Notes: generated by a model from the letters alone, not told the origin. 64,000 nucleotides of DNA from Phoronis australis (GCA_002633005.1 NMRA01000099.1:575633-639632); one strand, 5' to 3'; shown: positions 50,501 through 64,000, numbered from the stretch's first letter. Numbers and translations are program-made.

Positions 50501-53500
50501 GTGTTGGATGTACAAGGCAGATTGTTTGTTTTGCTGTTTTGAAGTTGCACATACATTAGACTGCTGTTTAATAGTATTACCAAAAATATGTGACTTCTCA
50601 TTCCACGGTGACTAACTGGTGTTATCTGGCTTTCTATTGTCTAAGCTGTCTAATGGAATTAACTTGAACCTCCTCTCAGGTGGTGGATATTAAATGATAA
50701 TGTTCTGAAATGGACTACTTACTATCACTACTGTCATGCATTCTAGTGGTATAGATGTGGCCGAAATTAATCAGCCCAGTTCCCCGAGCTGTTTGGACCT
50801 TGCCAAGGTACGCTACGGCGGTAGTTTCCATGAGACCACTGTTGAAGATGTGAAAGCTCTGGCCGATATACTCATGGTGTTTGCTGTTCTCATTCCATAC
50901 TGGGTAGTATACTTCCAGGTAAATAAATGCCGAAGGCTGCGTCCAGTACTACAGTAAAATCTCACCACTTTGGAACACAATATGACCAACAGCTGAAATC
51001 TCATTTTCTTACTATTTTTCTAATAAAATGTATTGTTTCAAATTGATTCTTTACCATATTTCAAATTTTCAAGGGTGGACCCAGGATTTTTAAAGGGGGG
51101 TTGGATCAAGGATTTTTTAGAAGGGGGGATCCAAGTCAACATTTTGAAAATTCTAGATTAGATATCACTGAAATGAAGGGGGGTAGGGGGATCTGGACCC
51201 CCTTGACCCCTCTCCCCCTGGATCCACCTATGGTTTTGTATGATATCTAACATCACACAAAATTTTGATAACGTCTGTGCACTTATGACAATGTAAGAAG
51301 ACCTTGAAAAATTGCAGCATTTATTATTGTCTGAAATTGGTGACATTTTACAGTATGACTGCTAACCTTAAAACCTAATGGTCCTGCCTCGGGAGTCCCT
51401 TTGTATTAACAAGTCAATAACATGATGAATGGGGGGTCATTTTGAAAGCTCTTATGTACAAGGGGTGGAACGTGCCCTCTCCGATTTTGTTTTTGGTGGG
51501 TATTTGGCGTTTGGCTCCGTTGTACTATTAGCGAATGAAAGAAGTGATGACCTGAGATCATTTAGATCAGCATTGTCTCTTGTTTTTGTCATTTTATTTT
51601 GTGTCGGTTACTCATTTTCCTAGTTTCTTAGTTTCCTGTTGGTTCCATGTTAACCCCCTATTGGGAGCAGCCTGGGCTACTAGATTACCAAATTATCTCT
51701 AGTTCCTCTTCTGGTTACTATGTAATATTTAAAAGTGTTAACTGCAAATCTCATATTGCTGCTAAGGTAGTCTCCAAATTTTCCTCGTGAAAATGACGGA
51801 CTCGTTTCCACAGTTGAAGTCTCCTTCTTTCTGTAAAAAGTTTTCAGTTATCAGTTCAGTCATAATTACGGTGTAATAGCTTGTACACTAATGTACAAAA
51901 TATTTTTTTCTCGAATTAATAGAGACAAAACTGGCCGTACGAACTTTTAGAGAAGAAAGTCAAGTGTTCGAATTATTAGAGGTAAAGATTGATGATAACA
52001 ATGAGTGCAATGTGAATTATATTACAACAAGGAACAAATTGTTTTTCTGGGAGATAGATTTGCTTTAAAATATAATACTTGAACACTTTGACACGTTATT
52101 TTCTTCCCTTCACATGTTCACAAACTTTGAGAACCAAGCTGGCTTCAGTACCTCCGCTTTCAGCAATGCCGTCTGCTGCACTTAGTATCTGACTGGAGTG
52201 CGCTAGAGAAAACATGTATTTGAAAAATCAGATCAGAGAAATGTGACCAGTTAAAAATATAGAAAATTGAGAGTAGCTTTGAGATGTATCAACAAGCGGC
52301 CGGATTTACACACTCAGAAATTTCTTGAGGCATACACCATCCGATTGTGCAATCATCACCTAAGACACATGAATCGTGCTATTTGCCCACAGGTTATCTC
52401 TGATGTCCCCAGATATTTACAAGCCAGCAAAAGCCCCACAATGCATCTGAAAAACGAAACCAGCATCATAGACAAAACCCCTGAATTTCTGCATGTCGTG
52501 AACATGCCATTTAAACAAGATTCCTTCATCACAACTAGTTTTATCCACATTCTTTTAGGCACAGCTTCTATTGTGGTGTTAGTGATGCGTATAATTTTTC
52601 TGATAAGCAAGGCTGGAAACTACTTCCCAGTGTATGGCTCAAGGTTTGAGTTTTTGTTATTAACATAATCACCATTACTGTGGTTTAATTTTTACTCCAT
52701 TCAGATTTTATGGTTTTCATGTCCCAAAAAGTAATTGGAAATTCCTGGATGCTTTCAAGCCTTGTATTTTGATATGATCTGATAAGGAACAATAATTCTG
52801 TATACAGGGATCAGGTAGCCTCATTGTGTTGCTCAAGTAGGTTGCACAACAAAAGATGGGACACATCATTGCATTTATTAACATGGGAAAAAAATTTAAT
52901 TGTCTTTGCACATCCTTGACAGTTTCGTGTTCCTGTAGCGTTGCAGGATAAACTTTTGTTCTTCAAAGCTGAGCTATTTGTTTCCCATTCACACCATAGC
53001 TCATGTACTTCAACATTTACTGCGAGGTGTCAACTATACTACGTAAATGATTAGGCTCTTGCACAAAGTCCGATATATGGCACCTGAATTCGAAGTCCTG
53101 GCATTGTATGGAAGAGTAAATGCATTGTGAGATTCTACTAATATTAAGCAAATCTGTTGTTTTGGAACACGTTGTTTATTTTGATATTATGCATAATTTT
53201 CAGCATCTAAATGTATGAGGTGAGTAATGTGCAAATCGTTACAATTGATTTTACAGGTGGAGTCTACCTTTTTGATGCAAGCACTTCACATGAACCTAAA
53301 TTTCAATTCAGCCAATTCATCGGACTGTTCAGAGCAACGCACTGAGCTGGAACAGGTAAGGCACTGTCTTATGGCGTCAAAGAAACAGTAGGCTCAGATA
53401 TTGCCTTTTGTATTGTCTCTTTGAGGGCAGTGACATCCATCATGTGAGGTATTTATGCACAAAATCGTTGACACTTATGTGGTCAACTAGCCTAGAACTT

Positions 53501-56500
53501 GCTCATAGCAGCGTAAGCTCATGAATGGATACTACCGTAATCGTTCGGGTTAACGCCCTGGGCGGTTAAATTGGCGAATCCAAAAAATCGGGGGAGGGCG
53601 GTTAACCGAGCAGTGGGCGGTTAAATCGAAAATCCACCAAAAGTAGGGGATGGGCGGTTAACTGAGCATGGGCGTTAACCCGAACGTTTACGGTAGTACA
53701 TAAGATGTGTGAATGGCAACCCGTTTCCCACCATTTTGAAGCTGTTCAGGTTTTGATTTTGGTTAAACCTTTGGAGTAGCGAAAGTTTCCAAGGTTGTTC
53801 ATTGAGAATTTGGCTTTGTCAATAACTGACTGTGCATTATTGCTTGAGAGGTCAGACTCGATCAGTTGGTCTGACCCCATGCATTGAAATCAACGGGGGC
53901 TGACCAAATAGACTGGTTCTGTGATCGAACCATATGTGAATTAAATTGGTCTTAATGCTCTCACATGAAATGACAAGCTGGGTCAAGCAACTTTAGACCA
54001 ATCGGTCTTGGCCCTATTTCATGAAATTTCTTAAGATCAAAGTTAGCCTGCTTCATAGTAGGCTTAATGAGGTATTTGGATGCTCCCAACTGTGCTAATG
54101 TGTTGCAGGAACCAAACAACAATGGTATTTTAACATAATCTATGTAAACCAGGCGCAGTTGTATTCACTGACAACTTGTAAATGTGAAAACATAAAATTC
54201 TACAAATAGGTGACCTTCGCTCTCATGACGTACCTCATGGGATCTCATAGCCTACACTCTGCTGTGTTATTCCCCAGCACCACATCACGATACTTACTGG
54301 ACACAGTTCAGTGATTTGCGATGGATCATTTTTGCCAAAAAACTCGTTCTTAAAAATGCTTGGCAATTTTCTACCTACTTCACATTCACGTCGCGGCTAT
54401 GTGTTGTGTTTCTGATTAATTTGGCCAAGCAATCACAGAGATTAGGAATTAGCCTGCAAGTTCTACTTTATGATTGGATTTTTTTGTCAAAAAATTATGG
54501 CTGTCATCACTGTAAAGTGTTGAAGAACAAATTCTGCTGACATTTTTCGCTGGTTTTGCATTAGCTAATGGCCCCAAACAATGTCAAATTGAAAGCACCT
54601 CAGAGACAAGACAGTGTGACTTAATTACCTGCATGTGAAGTGATACATTACAGCTATACCATTACCTTCTCAAGTATACGAGACTGAAATTGTACCTGTG
54701 GCTTACCAATACTATTAATACTTGAAGCTGGTCTGCTGGACTGTGTTTACCTAATTCCTAGATCCTTCAAGACGTCTCGTCTCCTTCGATAGGATGATGT
54801 TGTCTAGCTACTATTGGCGGGAACTCCAGTCATGTGGTATCTTGTTTGCCTGGTGAGGTTGCCAATACCTACCTATTGAATTTCAGTCTTAGACAGATTT
54901 TTGGTCTTGTGTCTCTTTTCATGAAGCTTGCCCCTGGTCTATTGACAGATTTTTTTTCAACCCCAGAAATCACTACTGAGCCCTCGGCTACCAAACTGTA
55001 CTCATGTCCTTAGAAATGATTTTCAGCATTTGGGCAAACACACCTCCTCCACCAAGCTTGGCACCTGGAATTAGGGTTGGGTATCTGGCTGGCAGCATAC
55101 TGTGAGTAGCTGTGTACAAGATGTCACTTCCCTCACATTCTCTTCCAGTGGGTCCCTGAAAATGGATATGAGCTGTCTTACTTTCAACAACTCTTGTGGT
55201 GGTTTTTTGCCCAGCTTTCCAGAAATTATTTTTTTCCTTACATATTATTTTTATTCGTATTCTTTGTACTTATACTTTTGTTGTAATAAATGACCTTAAT
55301 TGCCAATCTTGGTCTTCTTTTTATCTCTGGAAATGAGCTTGTGACACACGTATTTTTATCGTTGGTGCGTATGCCGATCATAAATGGCATTTCACCCATC
55401 TTGCCTTATGCTCCCTTTTTTTCCTCATTTCAGACCCATCCACTAATTCCTTTGTTCAGGACTACGTACAGTTATTCGCAGCCTTCTCATTTGTCTAAGT
55501 TATCATGTGCCTCAAATTTGTTCAGCTCCTAGCTCTCTAGCTGTTGATTATCTCTTGTCTATAAGAATTTCCCTTGTTTGTAAACCCATGCTTCAGTTCA
55601 TAACTTTGTGTCAGCTATACAGACGCACATATTCAAAGTCTCCTAATTTTACCCGCCCACTACTTCCCCTCACTTTTGGCACATTTCTCGCACCACTGTG
55701 TTGTTCTTTTTGTTTCCCATCTTTCAAGAGATTATTATATTATTATAAAATATTATATTTTATTTTCATTTGTGTTCTTTGTAGTTACATGTTGTCATAA
55801 CAAATGACCTTATTTTGGCAACTCCGTTCTACGCTTCATCTCTGGAGTTGAGCTTGTGATGCACATATTTTTATCGTTGGTACAAAAAATTCTTCAAACT
55901 TAGTAATTTCTCATGTTTTGGAAACTACTAACAACTTGACCAAAAGTACTCAGCTGACCAAACCACTTAAAATCCTGAGTAATTCTCAGTTTTCCGAAAT
56001 TCAAAAATTTCAGATTTAGTCCAAAGGGCACTAGGTTTCAAATCGCCCTTAAATTATATTTTTCCACACTGATAGCCACTTGAAAACAGTTCTAGAGCCT
56101 GAGCATGTCTTGAAGGAACTTGAGTATTAGTTGAGTAAGTGTAGTTTGTAGTAAAAGTCTCTTAGTAATTTAAGGGTCTGGGTAAAGTTTGGTAGTCATG
56201 GACCCAGATCTAGGTGAGGAACAAAAGTCCAGGCCATTTTCACAATTAGCAGTTCTTTTCAAAAAAGCGGGTTCATTGCGGCTTCCTTTGTTATAATTAT
56301 TATTCTTTTCCAGATCTCAATTTCTGTAGTAATGCACATGCCGTCTTATTTCTCTGCAGGTGCCCGCTGCCTCACTTTCATTGTTTGATGTCATCTTCCT
56401 GCTGTTCCTCATCCCCTTAATGGACCGACTGATCTACCCTAGATTGGACCGCAGTGGCTGTAATGTGTCATTGGTCAAAAGGATGTGTATCGGCATGATC

Positions 56501-59100
56501 TTCTCCATTGTTGCTGTGGTGACAGCTGGGCTGGTGGAGTTTGAGAGGCGGTCATCTTATAATAGTGGTCACAAGGTCACAAACTGTATAGGTAAATAGG
56601 CGTGTCAGTAACGTTTGTGTTGATTTGTGAGTTGCCGACTATTACTGTGAGTTATTCTATCTTATTAAAAGGGTACTCTTCAGGTTTTCACATTGCTAGA
56701 TAAGTATTTCAGATGATAGCTGTGTTGCTTTGTAAACCACTTAATAATACATGTAAATTTTGTTACTTATGTTCCCTGAAAGTTTTGTCTAGCTGACGAA
56801 ATTTTACTTTTTCACCCTATTGTGTTATGAACTGACAAAATTTTTGTTGCTAGCACATTACTTTCAGAAACAAAATTTTCTTACTATACATTCGTAAGAT
56901 TTGTCAGATGATATCTTATTAGATTACCATTTCCATTCAGCTTCAACAGAGTGACCATTTTGCAAAAGTAACCTCTCGTATAACAGGTGTAGTATCTAGC
57001 CTAAAATTTAACCAATTTTGAACAAAAACAATTGAAATTTTTTTGCATACTTCAAAGGCTTCTAGCATGGTTCTGAATGCCCACAATAATGTGTGATGGT
57101 AGCTAAGGCGTAGATATTTATTTGGTGTTACTAATGTTTTGTACAAAAATGAAATTAAACTTCTCTGCCATATTGTGTCCTAAATTGGTGAGATTAAACT
57201 ATGTGCAATAAAACAGAAATAATGATTATTATAATTCCATGAAAAGTCTGTTAGGCAACTTGAATACTGCTTTAAAATCTGGCTGTCTGTTTTACATTAT
57301 TATACCGTTTAACTTTGACATTTACATGGCCTGTTCACAAGTGCTGGAAAGCTACAAGTCAGCTGCAGCTTATGTATGAGGGTACAATTTTCCCCTAACA
57401 GAAGTGCCCTCATTAATACGATTGCATTTCCACTGTTCGTAGGTGGCACGCCATATGAAGCAGCAACGATGAACATATTCTGGCAGACGCCTCAGTACGC
57501 TCTTATTGGAGTGAGTGAGATGTTCACAAGCGTTGCAGGTAACTAGAGATTTTGTGCTGTATTTATAGCCGCTGTATTTGACCCAGCCGTAACATATGGA
57601 AAGCCAAAGCGGAAAAGTTTTCCAACAATTTTTCTATGAAGTCTAAACATTATTTTCACTGTGCGTGACCAAAAATAACGATCCAAAACCATCATTCTCA
57701 CTTCAAAACACCTAGCAGGACTTTTCATACTCCCACATACGGTACACACAAAAATAGCACGTCAGAAATATTACATAGCCACTCAAACGTTCGGCATCAG
57801 GCTCAGCCATCTTGCTCCAAATGAATGCATGTATCATCCTTTTTGTGGTCACGTGATCCAGAGTGGTCACGTTTTCCTAACGTGGAATTTATTTCTTTAG
57901 TGTTTTGTTTTTATTCTGCGATGGTCACGTTTTCGTTGATGTGTTAATTTGTTTGTGGTATGTTAATTTATTTCTGCACCATAATTTCTTCGTAATATTA
58001 CTTGTTATTTTGTGTATACTGATTAGTTTATGTGTAGATAATATACTTTGTTAAACATTGTTGTTTTCTACAGTAAAGTGTTTTTGAATATTTTCTGTTT
58101 TGACTTTTCATAATTACATCTGTGCTTACAAAATTTATCCCTAGCGTTCATCGATGATATGCTTTTAAGTTTGCGATATTTAAATCAGAAAGTGGTAAAT
58201 TTCCACGCTTGGAAAAACCTGATCAAGACCCCAGTGTAGATTTGGTGAGCGTGTAATGTCTCAAACTGATGTGAATGATGCTGTTAATTGATCTGTGACA
58301 GCTTCCTACTCGGAAACTGTGCCCAGGTGGAAGTTATGAGTAGAATGTGCAGAAGTCGTGAGCAGATTTTAACTACATTTACCAGATGGCACTAGTGAAA
58401 CAACAGTCCTATTTGTAGAAACGCATCCGTCCAAGTAGTTGTGTGACTCACTGATAACCACAGATGTCACTGCTAAAATGATTTCTACTCTCAATCTATT
58501 AAAAAGAGGAACTTTTATTAATTGGCACCACCTGGTGAATATTAAGTCTCCCACGAAACTCACTTTTTGTCCAAAAACCAACTTTTCAGATTTAGATCAT
58601 TGGCCATTATAAAACAAGTGTCAACTTATCACTTACTTAGCTTAAAAGTGAATGAAGAATGACTGACTTAAGTTACATAATGGTTTCATGGAAGTAATTT
58701 TTAACCTTTCCCCACATTTTCTACCCTAGGTTTAGAATTTGCCTACAGCCAAGCGCCAGTGTCTATGAAGGGGGTCATTTTTGGTCTGTTCTGGTTCTCT
58801 TACGGTATTGGCAGCTTCGTAGGAACAGCCACAATCTACTGGTTCAATGGTGTATGGTTTTCCAGCCAGGATCATGGTAACATCAACTGTACGGATGTCT
58901 GCCACATGGATCGTTACTATTACTTCCTCGGGGGTGTCCAGGCAGCGGGACTCTTACTCTTCATGCTGGTCATTTTCACCAGGTTTCGGAGCAAAACAAA
59001 ACGGGACGTACAGGAGTATGAAAGTACAACAGACATATCGTTCAAAAATAACTTACAGCAGCGTCATTCTAGGAGAAGTCTTGGTGGGGAGATCACCTGA
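46989..59100 (+). CDS. SLC15A4: SLC15A4-like proton-coupled oligopeptide/histidine transporter (POT/PTR2), whole gene span, 8 coding exons, 1869 nt / 622 aa
   Basis: Exons 46989-47588, 48221-48401, 50296-50413, 50747-50918, 53257-53355, 56360-56591, 57443-57538, 58730-59100; phases consistent. Motifs: ERxAFYG, G.G..KANI.PFGADQ, FFNWFYWCVN.GA, YGG.F...VEDVK, WQ.PQY.LIG.SE.F, GLEFAYSQAP.SMK; N-terminal dileucine ERRALL. Confidence 0.95.
48221..48401 (+). CDS. SLC15A4: SLC15A4 exon 2 (VKQEG...FFNWFYW...IFIVG)
   Basis: Acceptor CTTTGCTTAG; PTR2 signature; ends at a non-canonical G|GCAAGT donor. Confidence 0.9.
49971..50177. mobile_element. Small MITE
   Basis: Perfect 14-bp inverted ends ATGCGCGCACCCAG / CTGGGTGCGCGCAT. 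Confidence 0.65.
50296..50413 (+). CDS. SLC15A4: SLC15A4 exon 3 (GCCAHHTTPSGSVL...RRTL)
   Basis: Acceptor TTCCTGCTAG, donor AG|GTATTT; P.GS motif. Confidence 0.88.
50747..50918 (+). CDS. SLC15A4: SLC15A4 exon 4 (GIDV...YGGSF...YWVVYFQ)
   Basis: Acceptor CATTCTAG, donor CAG|GTAAAT. Confidence 0.92.
51070..51232. mobile_element. CAGGG(G)CGGATC-type MITE, copy 2
   Basis: Shares GGATCAAGGATTTTTT..CCAAGTCAACA.TTTGAAAATTCTAGATT.GATATC with copy 1. Confidence 0.75.
53257..53355 (+). CDS. SLC15A4: SLC15A4 exon 5 (VESTFLMQALHMNL...ELEQ)
   Basis: Acceptor TTTTACAG, donor CAG|GTAAGG; T..LQ.LH-like motif; not in the ORF track. Confidence 0.9.
53533..53695. mobile_element. Tc1/mariner(pogo)-type MITE
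   Basis: TA-CCGTAATCGTTCGGGTTAACGCCC ... GGGCGTTAACCCGAACGTTTACGG-TA; internal GGGCGGTTAA repeats. Confidence 0.85.
55255..55884 (+). repeat. Diverged direct repeat pair (~55255-55367 and ~55750-55882)
   Basis: Shared AAATGACCTTA..ATCTCTGGA..TGAGCTTGTGA..TATTTTTATCGTTGGT. Confidence 0.6.
56360..56591 (+). CDS. SLC15A4: SLC15A4 exon 6 (VPAASLSLFD...VTNCIG)
   Basis: Acceptor TCTCTGCAG, donor G|GTAAAT. Confidence 0.92.
57443..57538 (+). CDS. SLC15A4: SLC15A4 exon 7 (GTPYEAATMNIFWQTPQYALIGVSEMFTSVAG)
   Basis: Acceptor TTCGTAG, donor G|GTAACT; conserved TM10 Glu. Confidence 0.93.
58730..59100 (+). CDS. SLC15A4: SLC15A4 terminal exon (LEFAYSQAPVSMKG...GGEIT*)
   Basis: Acceptor CTACCCTAG; TGA at 59098-59100. 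Confidence 0.93.
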
Positions 59101-60091
59101 ATGTGTTGTGTGGAATTGATGCATGAATGTTCATCACTTCTTTCATTAGAACTAATCGTGTCAAAAATAATGTCAGTGTATAGTATTTGTGTAGAGGTAC
59201 AAAAGCCAAAGTTCGACAAGTATCTTCTTGAATCTTTGATCAAACGTTCACATGTTACCATTGCTCAGTTATTCCAGCCTGTTTCACATATTCGTAAGAT
59301 TGTCAGTCTTGCATATGGAAGACTATATTCATTTCGGGGCTTTAAAAGAACAGTTTGTTGTTGCCCAAGACCAGGCTCTACAGGTTGGCCTGATACAGTG
59401 TGTCATTGTATTGGCCAAGAATGAATGCCATGTCCTTGCTAACCTAGAAATCACTTCTCATCTGAGCAAGGAATGAGTTGAGGCCAATTTTAGGGCAGTA
59501 AGTGGTCTGTGTGAAATGTTTGCTTCTTGGACGAAACGCATGTTTGTAGCTGCTTTAAAGTCGCCTATTCAAAAATGCATGTGTACATACATCCACACAG
59601 TTTGTATAGCAATGTTAATGAATAGCAAGATGTATTACCAATGATTACGAGTCCCCTGTGCTTGGCTCATAACTTTTCAGTATTTACTTTAAGTTCTGTA
59701 TATAAATTTTTGTTACTATTGTTGACGACAATCTCATATTGCTAACTTTTAGTGTTTTGAGAATATTTTTTTCTTATTTTGAATTCAGTTGTTGGGTTTG
59801 GGTTATCTTTGCCGCTAAATATTCTCTGGAGTGTTATCAGAACAAAAAGCAACAACCAAGTGGGTTTACTTCAAGAACCCCCTTCTTGCAACTGTCAATA
59901 GCCATACAGAGTCTTTAAAACATTGATAGTGGTATGGAATCTTTTTTTTGGTGGATCAAATTAACTTTTCTTCTTTATATAATCACACAGGTACCCTATA
60001 GATTGAGTGTGGTTTCTCAAGTTGTCTCTGTAGTTGGAATTTGGTGGTGATTTTACCATGACCCTATTGTTGTATGTAGCTTTGCTACTAA

Positions 60092-60585
60092 AGGTTATGT
60101 AGGACCCTATTGACTTGTCCATGTATATAGCCAAATGTCTACAAAACGATAGATTTTAATTGAGTAAAAGTATATATTATTTTCTGAAAATAGAAAGCAT
60201 GTAGAATGAATGTACTATTATTTGGATCACATAACTATGTCTTTTTCGAAAAATTTGGTGAAAACGAAAGATACAACCATAACAAAACAACGGTATCAAT
60301 AACAAGATCAAATTTCGCTCGATAGAAATTTCAAAAATGTTGTTACAGTTTTCTGAATTATTTTGTTTTCGTTCGATGCAACTTTTTGATTTTTTTCATA
60401 AAAATCAAGAATCCTTTTTTGATACCCCTCAAGTAAAAGTGGAAACAATTCTTAAAGTGTTTTAGAACAGTGTATAAAGCAAGATTGTATCTTAAAGTTC
60501 CACATGAACCCGATCAGCCATTTCTGAAGTATGATGTTCCGAAGTTTGCCAAATTTGGCCATTTTTCTAAGGTCCTACATAACCT
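60092..60585. mobile_element. Kolobok-like non-autonomous element in the putative SLC15A4 3' UTR
   Basis: TIR AGGTTATGTAGGACC / GGTCCTACATAACCT with CTAA/TAAA (TTAA-like) flanks; a related terminus starts at ~17553. Confidence 0.7.
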
Positions 60586-60961
60586 TAAACTACAGAACTG
60601 AGAGAATGTAGCAGCAACTCCATCTAGTGTTAAGGATCGCAACCAATGTTTTTGTCTTGCTGACAAGCAGATTGCTTTTGACAATTAGTGTTGTGACTTA
60701 AGCAGGTCAACTTCCAGACCTTAGGCCTAGGTAAAAACTTATATCTAATTTTCTTTTAAACGCAGAAATTACTTCCAACATTTGTGAGGAAAATTTATAA
60801 CATTGAGTTGTCTGCTTTATCATCCAAAATTTCCAAGAATGTGTGTTCCATGGCTTTATGACGACAATCTTTTTAAGTGTATGTAACCAGTGCTCACAGG
60901 GTTAGTATAAAACTAACTTAAAATGCTTATTTGAAATGTCTTTCTAAAAGGAAATATAAAT

Positions 60962-60990
60962 AATAAAATTATTTTGTGTTCAATAATAAA
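60962..60990 (+). terminator. Candidate polyadenylation signals for SLC15A4
   Basis: AATAAA at 60962-60967 and 60985-60990, ~1.9 kb after the stop codon. Confidence 0.4.
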
Positions 60991-62776
60991 TGCTTATTTA
61001 ATTACAGTTTAGTTACATTCGCTGTGCAAATTGGTGTTTGCATCAAAGAAAATCAGATCGCAGTTGATCACTTATCGTTGGAGAAAATTTTCATTGTTTA
61101 ACCAGAAGGCACCAATGCGAATTTAAGTTGAAATTATTTTACACCAAACTTGATGCAAGGGTTACATGTTCTAAAGGTCAGTTGGAAGCTATTGAACAGA
61201 AAGAAATTGATCAAAGCTGAATAGTATTTTTAGAATGCTTGTTTATCAAATTGTTACCAAAATTGGGCAGTCTCTGTCAATCCAAAACAGCCAGCTTGTG
61301 CTGGTTTTTATCCAGTATTTGTGAAAAGCAACCTGACTTCTGATTTAAAACAACGTTTTTTCAAAAGCACAAAATTATTTCTCCAACCAAACAAAAACCG
61401 ACCGCAGCAACCAACAGATCAATCTCAAAGAAATGTCCTCATTCCTTAGATGTGATAAGACCTGTAATCTTTCCAACAAGCTTTCAAATGGTTGACAATC
61501 GAAAACGGAGAAACTTGTCTGATATTAAATGTGAAATAGACTGCCAACCTATTTAGTTGTACCACTTGATCTTGAAGAATGAATTATCAGACATTAGTTT
61601 ACATCAACAATGTCAACCAATTTCTCAAAATAAAAATGGACAGAAATGGGTAGTCTTAACAACGCGACTATGCAATTTAGGACAATCACAACCTAAACAT
61701 TAAAGTGCTTAAAATCCCCAATTTCACCAATACCAGTCGATAACTGTGAAGTTGAAACACCCACAAACATGAACCAACACGTTAATTAGACAATCTCAAG
61801 TTACGAGCATTATCAATTGGTCAATATATCATACCTAAAATCGGTACAACCAATCACAGCACGTCATCCTACATTGCGTTTTCCCTTGGTTTATGGTATA
61901 ATAATGGTGTTGCGTTTGGTAACTGTGACAACTCAGTACTTAACCACACTGTGGCTCTTCACTTTCCCGTGGTATAATCAGAGAAGCGCAGACACGAAAC
62001 AAGTATGTACAAGAAACTACATGTTGATGGACATGGCATAATGGCGGTGGGTATGTTCATACGTCACATTCGTGTCCGTGGAGCTAAGAAACTTTCAATT
62101 GAACTCGCTTTTTTCAATTTTCTTGTTTTCAGAATATTGAATTCATGATTGTGATATGCAATGATATAAAGGAATGTTTAATGATGGTGACAATGTAGTC
62201 ACTTGTCAAAACAAGGTAAAGGGTGGTTTTAAGCACTTTAAAAACTAGGACTTGTAAGTCTGAATTTCCCTGATGTGAACCCCGTGGCTTGTTTACAGTA
62301 CCTTAAGTGTTCAAATACCTTTAATACGCCACATAACATTCAATGACGGCAGCTAACAACTGAAACTCAAAAGGAAAAAGCAGCCAACTGAAAGAAAACT
62401 AGCACCCCCATTTCAACAATGAACTCTACCAGCACAGGAGAAAAACAACAATAGGATATTATGTATTATTTTTCGTGCTCCCCAATCTAACTTATCAAGT
62501 TTAAATGTCATTGCTAACTCCTTGTTAAAGAGCGTCTCAGCTACTAGTCCATCGCGAGGACACGACACGTCAGATGAAGTCAGGGATCAAATGCATGACC
62601 TTCCGTATAGATCCCACCAGGCCCGCTACTGAGCCACACAGCCATTGTTGTCTAAAATGAAACCGATCACTAGACGAACTTCAACAGGCTTCCTGATAAT
62701 TGCCAGCACTTGTACGTTCAACGAGAACAGTAGGATTCGGCGATTTCCAAAATAAACTTGCACCAAAGGGTTTCAC

Positions 62777-62901
62777 TCAATGAAAGACGTAGATTAACAA
62801 CAAAATCGTACAAGTCCCAATAACTGATCCCAAAATGATAGCGTCCCTTCGCTTCCGAATGTTAACCCGCTGTATTAAGCTGTTTATAGCTGGATAGCGA
62901 T
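62777..62901 (-). CDS. GOSR1: Terminal coding exon of Golgi SNAP receptor complex member 1 (rest of gene appears to lie beyond the window)
   Basis: Acceptor CTACCCACAG; RYPAINSLIQRVNIRKRRDAIILGSVIGTCTILLLIYVFH* closely matches the GOS-28 C-terminus (RFPAVNSLIQRINLRKRRDSLILG...YAFH). Confidence 0.92.
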
Positions 62902-64000
62902 CTGTGGGTAGCTGGTAAAGGAACATATCACTGAACACCGTCATCAAACTTTTACATAGGACATAGAACATGTCACATCAGACATTAAGTTTTGTTGGTT
63001 TGTCAGCTAGTGAAAATTAAAGTTAAATACCAAAAAAAATTCACAAAAGAATTCTACTTTATCAGCTGTGGTGCCCATTCATTGAAAAGCAAAGTGGCCA
63101 ATCAATAAATCAGGTTAAATGATACCGAAAACATTATTTAGGTGTGCGAAAGGTACATTTTTGGTTATTTAAGCTGCAATGAAGCTGCCAGCAAACAAAA
63201 ACCATCTTTTAATTAAAGGTACTTGCAAAAACAAAACTGGTCCTTACTCAGTTTAAAAGTGAGCTCAGAGCTAAGAAAGATCCAACAATTCATTGAATGT
63301 GGCCATGCTTGGCACATAAAATGACTATACTGGGTAAAGCCATCTTATTGTGCATCACCTCCAACAATAATGGACTGTCAGTTCTTCTCAAGCACAGAAA
63401 TCACTTTTAACCAGATTATGGACATTTTGGGACTAGTTTTCTAATGGTAAATGGCATAAAGCATATAGCTCTTTATAGTAACAGAAAACTTACCCAAAGC
63501 AATTAATCAATGCACTGATAACAAACAGCTACTAAGAACTTTCATCAATAATAACTGATCAAATAGCCAGGTCAGTGTTTTTACATTCAATTCCATTACA
63601 AAGGATACTGCCAATATTCTGTATTTTTTGTGATATTGAGTTGAAGGTCCCCCTCTGGCTCAGTAAATTTTCTTTTGTGGCCATGGCAACACTGGAAAAT
63701 AAAACAATTGCCATGAAAACAGACTATACCAGGCTACCTGAATGACACAGCCATCGCACTCATTATATAGTTCTTTCACTTATCAACAAAACACATGGAA
63801 CCTATAAACGGACTTCACACACTCAAAACACGGCTCAGTAACCGCTAAACAGAGTGCCGGACTAACAAAGAACAGTTTACACACCCAAAGAATATCGTGC
63901 CTGGACTTACAAATACGGCTCACTGACACTGTGTCCTTGTTAGGCGGTCAATGATGGGTGTTTGTGAGTCTGGGCATGAGATTTTTGGGTACATAAGCCA

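Noticed and set aside
52267-52668. 133-aa intronic ORF
   Set aside because: Non-ATG start, no recognisable similarity, not needed for the SLC15A4 model
56314-56359. Upstream alternative acceptor for SLC15A4 exon 6
   Set aside because: Adds 46 nt and shifts the frame
62902-64000. Penultimate GOSR1 exon
   Set aside because: Donor-like GTAAG sites near 63247 and 63493 are not preceded by SNARE-like sequence; the exon is presumably outside the window

Overview
AT-rich, intron-rich animal genomic DNA, most likely from an invertebrate (species not determinable). It has two single-N positions (16451, 32094). Almost all of the short ORFs in the supplied track are noise; the real genes are spliced. 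Three genes were reconstructed by hand: (1) a complete 11-exon GLT1D1-like GT-B glycosyltransferase on the - strand (46408->15422, 362 aa, all intron phases consistent); (2) a complete 8-exon SLC15A4-like (POT/PTR) peptide/histidine transporter on the + strand (46989->59100, 622 aa, one GC-AG intron); (3) the last coding exon of GOSR1 on the - strand (62901->62777). The GLT1D1 and SLC15A4 start codons are head-to-head only 580 bp apart, the same divergent pairing as in human, and the spacer carries three CLEAR/M-box-type motifs. Introns and intergenic DNA hold many MITEs and foldback elements, a nested transposon, a decayed THAP + YqaJ-exonuclease transposon, a repeat family with ~145-bp-spaced CTCF-like motifs, a SINE remnant, a probable LTR and short tandem duplications. 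No CRISPR, rRNA or intact tRNA was seen. I cannot claim a wholly new biological system; the best leads are the shared promoter, the QxxER variant of the transporter, the THAP/YqaJ fossil and the CTCF-motif repeats.
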